A stretch of 64,000 nt of DNA from Shigella phage Z31. Location: sequence record MN655999; one strand, given 5' to 3'. A model generated the notes under the pieces. That model worked only from the letters and a program-made list of their open reading frames with translations. It was not told the DNA's origin and searched no databases. The translations under genes were made by a program, and so were the position numbers. Below, piece after piece: positions 6,924 to 14,332 of the stretch (position 1 is its first letter; each line of letters begins with the position of its first letter).

Positions 6924-7709
6924 TTAGTTCTTTGCGTCTAAGAAGGTAACTTCATGTGAAGAGAAAATTTCCTCAACATCCTCATCAGTTCTTGCATAGA
7001 TATATGTATCTGCATCACTGCCAAATGTTACTGCAATTCTGTGATTGCTCTTCGACAGGTAGGTAACTAGAGCGTTACTTAGAGACATCTTTTCAACCGG
7101 AGGGTTACTTTGATGTATCTTACCTTTTCTTCGTCTGAAGAGGGTAACTGCATCATCAGTGAACACTACTACACCTGCAAAATATTCTGGTTCACAGTAG
7201 TTCTTCCAACCTGAGCGTAACTTGTGGTACATCTCTCCTTCGTAGACATACAGGTAAACATCTACGCTCTTCATCACCTGATTAATGATAACTGTGACGG
7301 CTTGAGGGTCTAGCCCACCGATACCTGCGCCAATCATAGGTAACCCAACTTTCTTCAACTGATTGACTTCACAGTATCTGTTAAGCTGTTTCAAAGATGA
7401 CTCTAAAGCACTGTATCGGGCATCTTTACCAGTCTTAAGCTGAGTGTAAAGGTTAGCTATACGGCCTTGTTCTAAACGTGCTACAGAGAAATTACCTAGT
7501 AAATTTTCACAGGGTTTGTGGCCTATACCACCTGCATACAGATAAACCTCTGTATCAGTCTCATATGCTTTTGGGTAAAGTTTAGAAATCTTGTCAGCGA
7601 TACCTGCACCCATTAAGTTCATACAGTTGCAACCGTGACCAATGATATCAAACTTACCTTTATCAAATGCGGAGAAGATATCCCCATTGATTATTTTTAC
7701 AATACCCAT
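6924..7709 (-). CDS. macro-domain protein (ADP-ribose binding/processing) with about 110-aa C-terminal extension
   Basis: N-terminal motifs GDIFSAF, HGCNCMNLMGAGIADKI and PMIGAGIGGLDP match macrodomain signature blocks. Confidence 0.65.
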   Translation of the reverse strand: MGIVKIINGDIFSAFDKGKFDIIGHGCNCMNLMGAGIADKISKLYPKAYETDTEVYLYAGGIGHKPCENLLGNFSVARLEQGRIANLYTQLKTGKDARYSALESSLKQLNRYCEVNQLKKVGLPMIGAGIGGLDPQAVTVIINQVMKSVDVYLYVYEGEMYHKLRSGWKNYCEPEYFAGVVVFTDDAVTLFRRRKGKIHQSNPPVEKMSLSNALVTYLSKSNHRIAVTFGSDADTYIYARTDEDVEEIFSSHEVTFLDAKN

Positions 7710-7910
7710 TTAGCATCTCTCCCAAGATTCTTTATCTTCTGAAGGTTTTACACGTTGTCCTTCGTGGTCTACCCAGATACATCCACAACCTTCACAGATT
7801 ACTGGCATTGCATAGCCAGCTTTAAAGTCATCTTCAGTGATAAGACCTTTTAAGTCCCCTGTATCACGTCCGAACATTTCGATAGCACAATCTTTGCAGA
7901 AGTCAGCCAT
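7710..7910 (-). CDS. small Cys-rich protein (66 aa), possible zinc binding
   Basis: ORF track; CKDC ... CEGCGC. Confidence 0.45.
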   Translation of the reverse strand: MADFCKDCAIEMFGRDTGDLKGLITEDDFKAGYAMPVICEGCGCIWVDHEGQRVKPSEDKESWERC

Positions 7911-7921
7911 AAATATACGCC

Positions 7922-8149
7922 TTATAGTTCAGTTTCTCGTAATTCTTTACCTTCATCATAGAAACATTTATAGAATGTATCTATAGAGATTCTGGCAAAG
8001 GTGAGGTCTTCAAAGTATTCTTCTGGAGTTATCCCTGTAAAACTAAAACCATCAAGGTTGTAAAACGGTATCACTGTGTCATCGCTTATGAAAACACATG
8101 CAGATATGACTTCTCCAGTGTCTTTGTCAACTACCTCTAGAGCTTTCAT
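7922..8149 (-). CDS. hypothetical protein (75 aa)
   Basis: ORF track. Confidence 0.45.
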   Translation of the reverse strand: MKALEVVDKDTGEVISACVFISDDTVIPFYNLDGFSFTGITPEEYFEDLTFARISIDTFYKCFYDEGKELRETEL

Positions 8150-8450
8150 AGTTTACCTTCTCAGTTAGCTCATACAAATCAACATGCTCAATACTATCAA
8201 TGTTGATACCAATCTTTTTGAATCGTTCTACCACTTCGTTGTCAGTCATCCATATCAGACACCAATGATTGTGGATGGATTCTTCAAGAAGGTCAACACA
8301 ATCTTTAAAAGTTTTTGTATCACTTCTTGTCCCGACTACTGCGATTGTCCCATACAACCACTTACCATTACCATAAGATATTTGTGCTACACCAACTTCT
8401 TTATCTTTCTCGTAGTAAACGGCTACAAAGTCTCTTCCATTAATCTGCAT
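8127..8450 (-). CDS. hypothetical protein (107 aa)
   Basis: ORF track. Confidence 0.45.
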   Translation of the reverse strand: MQINGRDFVAVYYEKDKEVGVAQISYGNGKWLYGTIAVVGTRSDTKTFKDCVDLLEESIHNHWCLIWMTDNEVVERFKKIGINIDSIEHVDLYELTEKVNYESSRGS

Positions 8451-8452
8451 AG

Positions 8453-8722
8453 TTACTTCCTCGTTTTTAGAACTGCTAAGATTTCTTTAGAGTCTGGTAA
8501 GAACCATGTGTAGTGATTCTCTTTGATTTCTGGATGAGTGTCAACCTTTATTTTGCACTCTTTACCAACATGCTTAAGCTGTGCTGTGACACCTTGCATA
8601 AAGATATGACACATCACGTTGTCCATAATGGTTGGTGAGAAATCAACCCGCATATAAGTTTCTTTTGGTCGTGGTAGCAGTAAGTACCCTTCTACATAGA
8701 AAGTGTCTTCATTCTCTGTCAT
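8453..8722 (-). CDS. hypothetical protein (89 aa)
   Basis: ORF track. Confidence 0.45.
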   Translation of the reverse strand: MTENEDTFYVEGYLLLPRPKETYMRVDFSPTIMDNVMCHIFMQGVTAQLKHVGKECKIKVDTHPEIKENHYTWFLPDSKEILAVLKTRK

Positions 8723-8988
8723 TGCTGTTTGTTCCCTAACAAAATCATATCAATAAGGTTATTAGCTTTGATTGTACACTGGTAAAAACCATCACGATAA
8801 AACTCAAGGGCTGCTGCCACATCACTACCGGTATTACCTTTGACAGCGAATCTTGACTCTTCTTGAGTGTACTTGTCACTCTCACTTACTTGGGAGTTTT
8901 TGAATGTACTGTTCACTTTGTTCGTTGAACACCCTGACATAATTATCAGTAACACAAACATTATAAAACTCTGGCTTAGTTTTTTCAT
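8719..8988 (-). CDS. lipoprotein, candidate o-spanin; start inside the upstream gene in another frame
   Basis: Internal Met start of track ORF 8719..9030; signal peptide with lipobox IMSGC; overlaps 8882..9229 by 107 nt. Confidence 0.45.
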   Translation of the reverse strand: MKKLSQSFIMFVLLIIMSGCSTNKVNSTFKNSQVSESDKYTQEESRFAVKGNTGSDVAAALEFYRDGFYQCTIKANNLIDMILLGNKQQ

Positions 8989-9229
8989 ATGTGAGTACCT
9001 CTTTTGTATGCTTATTCTTAGCAAGCACATCTTTCAAATCATTTTTGTAATTGGTGCTGAGTGTGGCTAAACCTTCCTGATAAGCATCTTTGGCAACACT
9101 TATTAGTTTCTCATTATTTAGCTCAGCTTCAGCAACTTGGTAGTCTCTGTAAGAGTATCCTCCCCAGACACCTGCTCCAACTAAGAAAACAATTATGAAA
9201 GTAGCTTGACAGAACTCTTTAAATGTCAT
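8882..9229 (-). CDS. N-terminally anchored membrane protein, candidate i-spanin
   Basis: N-terminal TM FIIVFLVGAGVWGGY followed by charged helical region. Confidence 0.45.
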   Translation of the reverse strand: MTFKEFCQATFIIVFLVGAGVWGGYSYRDYQVAEAELNNEKLISVAKDAYQEGLATLSTNYKNDLKDVLAKNKHTKEVLTYEKTKPEFYNVCVTDNYVRVFNEQSEQYIQKLPSK

Positions 9230-9250
9230 TTAACAATCTCCTGAAATGAA

Positions 9251-9272
9251 AAAGGCTCCCGAAGGAGCCTGT
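9251..9272 (-). terminator. intrinsic terminator: GGCTCC / UUCG tetraloop (minus-strand RNA) / GGAGCC + U-run
   Basis: Hairpin 9254-9269; minus-strand U tract follows. Confidence 0.55.
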
Positions 9273-9281
9273 ATCTTAACC

Positions 9282-9746
9282 TTAACTGAGGACTTTAGCA
9301 AGGATATTCGCAGCCATCGAAGAAGCTTTTGCAGCAGCAGCTACCCCAGCTTTGACAGTGCTATCCTTAATAGCAGATACCGTTGCAGCATCAGTAAAGA
9401 GATAAGTAGTTGTTTTAGAACCACTTGTAAAGGAAAGCATAAGAGCAGTTTCCAGATTGAAAGAGCGATACGGAGCACCTTCTTTAACGATACCTTCAGC
9501 ACCTAACTCTGAAGCCATACCCATATCATAGATAGTCATCAGGTTTTCTTTGTGTGCAGTCGTTGAACCAGCACCTTTGACGTGTTTCTTAACATTCAGA
9601 AGAGCACGATACTCTCGGATGTTACCGTCTGCTTTTACATTGACAGCACGGAAGATTTTACCCTCAAAGTTGCTTTTGATAATGTTACGAACTACTTCAG
9701 ATTTGTTTGCCGTAACGTCCAGTGCTACCGTAATGATATTGTTCAT
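9282..9746 (-). CDS. hypothetical protein (154 aa)
   Basis: ORF track. Confidence 0.5.
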   Translation of the reverse strand: MNNIITVALDVTANKSEVVRNIIKSNFEGKIFRAVNVKADGNIREYRALLNVKKHVKGAGSTTAHKENLMTIYDMGMASELGAEGIVKEGAPYRSFNLETALMLSFTSGSKTTTYLFTDAATVSAIKDSTVKAGVAAAAKASSMAANILAKVLS

Positions 9747-9756
9747 AAGTTTTCTC

Positions 9757-10452
9757 TCAATGTTTTACTAACATAGTTTTAATGTGCGGAAGGATTCTGT
9801 TTACCTTCTGAACATTCTTCTCTGTATCTTCTATAAAACATACTATATTAAAGTAAGGAAGAATGCAAGACTGAATCATCCTCACTTTCAAACTTTCTGC
9901 ATCTATAGAGTTAGTTCCAAAACCACGCATAAAAAGCATGTAATCATGCTCTATGTTATGCCTTAAAAACATCTCAGTAGGTATTCTCTGGGATTCACCT
10001 CTAGCTGTCAAGAGTCCAATGGCAGCATGATTAGCAATTGCATCAATGATACTGAAAACATACGTTGGTTTTGCTCTTACAGAGTCAAGAAGATTAGTGT
10101 ACTGTGAGAATGACCCATCAGTCAATTCCGTTGAGCAATCTTCGTGATTAAAATTTGTAAGAACACCATCAATATCTGCTAAGATGAGGTTACCTTTTTC
10201 TACAAGGTCTTTATTGACTATGACTAAACTGTCACGTCTTACACCTATAGATTGTCCAGTCTCTTTGTCCACAACGTTCACAATTGGTTCTGATGTGTGG
10301 AACTCTTCAAGTGAACATACAACTTCTCTTGCAGTATCTTCAAAATCTCTGCACTGTTCTGGAGTCCATATATAGGAATCAAGACCTAACTCATGAGGAT
10401 GCAAGTCGTAAGCATGGCACAGTACTTCATCAGACTTTCTTAATTTTTTCAT
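9757..10452 (-). CDS. HAD-superfamily phosphatase/nucleotidase-like protein
   Basis: Motif LILADIDGVLTN resembles HAD motif I (DxDG); GLLTARGE as motif II. Confidence 0.45.
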   Translation of the reverse strand: MKKLRKSDEVLCHAYDLHPHELGLDSYIWTPEQCRDFEDTAREVVCSLEEFHTSEPIVNVVDKETGQSIGVRRDSLVIVNKDLVEKGNLILADIDGVLTNFNHEDCSTELTDGSFSQYTNLLDSVRAKPTYVFSIIDAIANHAAIGLLTARGESQRIPTEMFLRHNIEHDYMLFMRGFGTNSIDAESLKVRMIQSCILPYFNIVCFIEDTEKNVQKVNRILPHIKTMLVKH

Positions 10453-10978
10453 GATTTACCTTAGAAATGTTTGTTGCAAATTCACATTGAGCGATGACTT
10501 TCATATTGTTGTAGACATCTTGAGAGTATTTCTTAGCTTTAGGGATTTTGTACGAATACCCAGCATTATATGATGCTAAAACTTTTTGTAAAGTCTTCTT
10601 TGACTTTGGTTGACCATGTACCTTCGTCCAAAACTCAAGCTCTTTGTGAGTTTCCTTTGCAGCATAGTCAAAATCTTTTAAGAGTTTCTTTTTAGCCACA
10701 TTAGGACTGATTTTGTTACGCTTTACAACAGTCTTCAAGTGATTCTGGAAGATACCATAGTCATGGGTCTTTTTATTCTCTACCTTCAGACCTAACTCTG
10801 ACTCTTGTAAGGCTATAGCAGCTAGAGTTATACCCCAACCTTTACCCATATTATTCTCACCATACTGGTAAGCTTTTAACATGTTTACTTTTTGACTAAT
10901 TGATAGCTCTGGGCAGTCAACTGCATAAGATAAGTGTGCTGTAAACATTAAGCACAAACCTAGAATCAACTTCTCCAT
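10430..10978 (-). CDS. secreted lytic transglycosylase (SLT-like), candidate endolysin
   Basis: Sec-type signal peptide; SLT-like blocks ALQESELG, YGIFQ, YNAGYSY. Confidence 0.6.
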   Translation of the reverse strand: MEKLILGLCLMFTAHLSYAVDCPELSISQKVNMLKAYQYGENNMGKGWGITLAAIALQESELGLKVENKKTHDYGIFQNHLKTVVKRNKISPNVAKKKLLKDFDYAAKETHKELEFWTKVHGQPKSKKTLQKVLASYNAGYSYKIPKAKKYSQDVYNNMKVIAQCEFATNISKVNHEKIKKV

Positions 10979-11041
10979 TGGTTCTCCTGTTTAGTTTATC
11001 GTGACCTCAATTATACAGCACTCTGCACAAAATACAAATAA

Positions 11042-11065
11042 AAAAGGCCGCCGAAGCAGCCTTTT
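11042..11065 (-). terminator. intrinsic terminator with UUCG loop and U-run
   Basis: Hairpin about 11046-11061 flanked by A/T runs. Confidence 0.5.
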
Positions 11066-11067
11066 AG

Positions 11068-11328
11068 TTACATTACGTAGAGATTCCCAAAACCTGTAGG
11101 TTTCCCATTACGAAAGTTACGACGCTTAACAGGTAACTTAGTGATAGTCTTCGTCTTCTCTAAGTCTATAAAGGTCTGTGTAAAATCCGATGGGAGATAT
11201 TTTTTACCAAACTTTGCAGAGAGGTATTCTGCTACTTCGTATTGTGTAGCTGCCCCCAGATACTTGAGAGCAACTCTTACCATCATCTTTTTAACTTGCA
11301 TATCAGTCCTTATAAGCTCTAAATGCAA
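11068..11328 (-). CDS. hypothetical protein (86 aa)
   Basis: ORF track. Confidence 0.45.
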   Translation of the reverse strand: MHLELIRTDMQVKKMMVRVALKYLGAATQYEVAEYLSAKFGKKYLPSDFTQTFIDLEKTKTITKLPVKRRNFRNGKPTGFGNLYVM

Positions 11329-12142
11329 CGTCGGCTTGTGACATTACATAACCTTGAAACACACCACCATTCTGGTCATACTGGGTCTTCATGGCATCTA
11401 AGAAGCTGCTTACAGACTCATCATCATCACGGTAGTCCAACCAGAACTTTGTAGCCTTTTCAGGGTTTTCTTTGAAGCTCTTAAGCATTGCTGCCATAAT
11501 TGGAGCGGAGTACTTTTTACGAAGTTCGCACTTCTGCTTAACACCGTTCACAGTCTTCTCTTTATACTTATCCATCTCATCCTTATCAATACCTAGTGCA
11601 TCAATAAGTTTAAGTTCTTCTTGATAGAGTACAAATGCTTCATCAAGGCATCCACGAAGCCCTAATAATGCCCACACACCAGCACCAGTAAACTTCTTGG
11701 TGAATGCTGTCTGTGGCTTATATCCAGAGCGTAGTATTGCAGTTGTAATTTGGTCACCATTCGTAGCTCGTGAGTCCAGTGAGTTTTCTTGGTCGTAGAG
11801 GAAATCTACTTCTTCCTGTGAATTAACAGCAAACAGGGTCACATAGACAAGGCCGTTCTTGGGAGCACCTAATTTACCATTCTTCCAGTTCTCTACACGA
11901 GCATGAGAATCAATGTTGATAACTTCTCCATTGAATAGTACACCCGTAACACGGGAACGTAAATCCACCTCACGAAGGTCTTCATTAAGATATGGTTTTG
12001 TAATACGTCGCTCGATGCTACGGTTTGCTGAGTAAGGTTTTGCACAGTTAGCCCAGTCCATGTACCCCATGAAGAATGAGGCTACACCACAAACGAAATC
12101 AATCTTACAAGGTGTTTTGCTCTGGAACTCTTTGAATTTCAT
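11303..12142 (-). CDS. hypothetical protein (279 aa)
   Basis: ORF track. Confidence 0.5.
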   Translation of the reverse strand: MKFKEFQSKTPCKIDFVCGVASFFMGYMDWANCAKPYSANRSIERRITKPYLNEDLREVDLRSRVTGVLFNGEVINIDSHARVENWKNGKLGAPKNGLVYVTLFAVNSQEEVDFLYDQENSLDSRATNGDQITTAILRSGYKPQTAFTKKFTGAGVWALLGLRGCLDEAFVLYQEELKLIDALGIDKDEMDKYKEKTVNGVKQKCELRKKYSAPIMAAMLKSFKENPEKATKFWLDYRDDDESVSSFLDAMKTQYDQNGGVFQGYVMSQADVAFRAYKD

Positions 12143-12197
12143 GATTACTCTCTCATCTACTTGGTTTGTTTACAGGTATACTACACACATTCTTTTA

Positions 12198-13097
12198 TTA
12201 ATGCAAATGTTTTTCTAGGGTTTCTATGATTTCTTGTGAGTTGATAGAGCCTGCATAACTCAGTGCAAAACCATCTCTTAAATCTTCGAACCAATCCTGT
12301 TTGATTGCTGAGTAAAGCCCTTCTATGTGAGGCTCGATAAATTGTTTCACAGACACCTTATCTTTATCTGGTTCAAAGACCTTCACAGTACCAGCCTTAC
12401 GACCATGTGTAATAATCGTGAACAAATCTTTACCATCTAGTTTACCTAAAACACCAACTGGCTGCTCTTTACCGTCAATCTTGTGACATGGTGGCCTGTA
12501 TAGTGTGAATTTCTCACGCTTATAGACTCTTACACCATCAACTATCACAGGGACAATCTTACAAGTTTTATCTGTCCGCTTTTGTCTCTTCCAGATTTGG
12601 AAGTTACAGCGTAGTGACGACTCTTTTGCTGAGTAGGTAACTCCATCAATCCTTTCAAAATGAAGGTTAGGTAGTTCTACTTCGTCAATGCAGGTGTACT
12701 CTCTGCTAAGTCTGCTAAGATTCTTCTTCCCAAAGTTAATAGGAACTAAGAAGCAAATGTAGTCTGGATTCATTGTAGCAGCCTTGTTAAAGAACTTTGT
12801 AGACAGACTATTTGCCTTACCGAATGGAGGGTTGGTAACAATCGCAAAAGGTTTATCTGGAATCTCTAAGTCATCTTTCAGGAAGTCTCTTGCACTAACA
12901 TCTTCAGAGTCTGGTTCGATGTCGTATAGCACAACATCTTGACAAACCCTCTTAAAAGAATCTTTCCATCTTCCGTCACCTGCACAGGGGTCTATAATGC
13001 ACGAAATAGAGCCTTTAAAGACCTTTTGTAGCTTATCTTCACACACTCTTATTACTTCATCTGGTGTGTAATATTTATCAAGTTCTGCTTTAGCCAT
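12198..13097 (-). CDS. DNA N6-adenine/N4-cytosine methyltransferase (orphan)
   Basis: Motif I IDPCAGDGRW and catalytic motif IV VTNPPFG. Confidence 0.8.
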   Translation of the reverse strand: MAKAELDKYYTPDEVIRVCEDKLQKVFKGSISCIIDPCAGDGRWKDSFKRVCQDVVLYDIEPDSEDVSARDFLKDDLEIPDKPFAIVTNPPFGKANSLSTKFFNKAATMNPDYICFLVPINFGKKNLSRLSREYTCIDEVELPNLHFERIDGVTYSAKESSLRCNFQIWKRQKRTDKTCKIVPVIVDGVRVYKREKFTLYRPPCHKIDGKEQPVGVLGKLDGKDLFTIITHGRKAGTVKVFEPDKDKVSVKQFIEPHIEGLYSAIKQDWFEDLRDGFALSYAGSINSQEIIETLEKHLH

Positions 13098-13115
13098 TCA
13101 TCCTCCCATATCAAA

Positions 13116-13137
13116 AAAGGCTACCGAAGTAGCCTAT
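13116..13137 (-). terminator. intrinsic terminator GGCUAC-UUCG-GUAGCC + U-run
   Basis: Hairpin 13119-13134. Confidence 0.55.
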
Positions 13138-13146
13138 TGTAAACTA

Positions 13147-14253
13147 TTAAACGCGTGCTGTCTTGGAGATTAACTCACCGTGAGAACCAATCACTACACG
13201 ATGCCCACCAGAGCCAGAGTAAGTCTTGATAACTTTACGGTTGCTGTCAACAATCGCAAAAGATTCATAAGCTGATACACGCATCTTCATATCGTTGTAA
13301 TCAACCGGAACAGATACAACATCCCGTGGATGGACACGAACTTTCAGGATGGTATCACCTCCAAAACATGATACGTATTCCCATGCACCAACATGTAAAC
13401 CCTGAGAGCAAGTGCGGTTAGGGTCACTATCAACCATCCAACGAGGCATCTCAACTAGGTTACCCAAGTCATTAGGTACTTTATGAGTGTGGCTATCTAC
13501 CAGAGAACCGTCAGCTTTACTTTGTACCTTTTTCCAACCGATAATGTAACCTTCTTCATCAATTTCAACATCAAGGTGAGATACAAATCCCCACAGTTGT
13601 TCTACAGAGCCTTTAGATGGATTTTCCATCAGTTTTTCGAAGAACATTACAAGTCGTTCAAAACCTTTATCACCAGTCTTCATCATATGAAGAATACGGT
13701 CAACCAGAGTAGAACGCATCTCAACAGCACCGTAGAATAACTTGTCACCTTTGATTGTGATAGCTCCCTGAGTGAAGTTTTCGATAGACTTACGAATGTT
13801 CATCAGTTCAAATGCTTTCTTGAACTCACCTTTCACAACATGAACTACAATTTCTTGATAGTTCGGATGAGTGGACTCAACAATTTCAGATTCTGAACCA
13901 TAAGTCATAATTACAGAGTCACCAGTAATCATATACTCAATCTTGTCATCTTTCTGCATAGCTTCGTGCAGTTTATTTACTGGAGCTTTCTGTACAGCGT
14001 CTTTAACGACCTTTTCAACTGGTTTTCCAGCTTTCTTTTTAACTGACTTAGCAACTTGCTTCAAAGTCTTCTTAGCTGGTGTCGAAGCTACCTTTTTCTT
14101 ACCCTTTAAGGTTGCTTCATGACGCTCTACAGCACGACCAACTGAACGGGTTGAAGTATTGAACTTCTGTGCAATAGCTGTTTTAGTCAGCTTACCTTCT
14201 TTAACCAGTTTGTAGATTTCTGCGTCAATCTGTGCTTTAGTTTTAGTAGTCAT
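13147..14253 (-). CDS. rIIB: rIIB-like protein (N-terminal HTH)
   Basis: Immediately downstream of rIIA-like gene; N-terminal HTH-like KTAIAQKFNTSTRSVGRAV. Confidence 0.5.
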   Translation of the reverse strand: MTTKTKAQIDAEIYKLVKEGKLTKTAIAQKFNTSTRSVGRAVERHEATLKGKKKVASTPAKKTLKQVAKSVKKKAGKPVEKVVKDAVQKAPVNKLHEAMQKDDKIEYMITGDSVIMTYGSESEIVESTHPNYQEIVVHVVKGEFKKAFELMNIRKSIENFTQGAITIKGDKLFYGAVEMRSTLVDRILHMMKTGDKGFERLVMFFEKLMENPSKGSVEQLWGFVSHLDVEIDEEGYIIGWKKVQSKADGSLVDSHTHKVPNDLGNLVEMPRWMVDSDPNRTCSQGLHVGAWEYVSCFGGDTILKVRVHPRDVVSVPVDYNDMKMRVSAYESFAIVDSNRKVIKTYSGSGGHRVVIGSHGELISKTARV

Positions 14254-14297
14254 CTTATTACTCTCTCTTGTTAGTTAATAAATCATTTTGTGAGGTT

Positions 14298-14327
14298 ATT
14301 CTAAGGGGCTTTGAAGCCCCTTGTCAA
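14298..14327 (-). promoter_or_regulatory. sigma70-like promoter TTGACA-18-TAGAAT with GC hairpin GGGGCTTTGAAGCCCC as spacer
   Basis: -35 rc at 14322-14327, -10 rc at 14298-14303; between rIIA stop and rIIB start. Confidence 0.45.
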
Positions 14328-14332
14328 ACACT

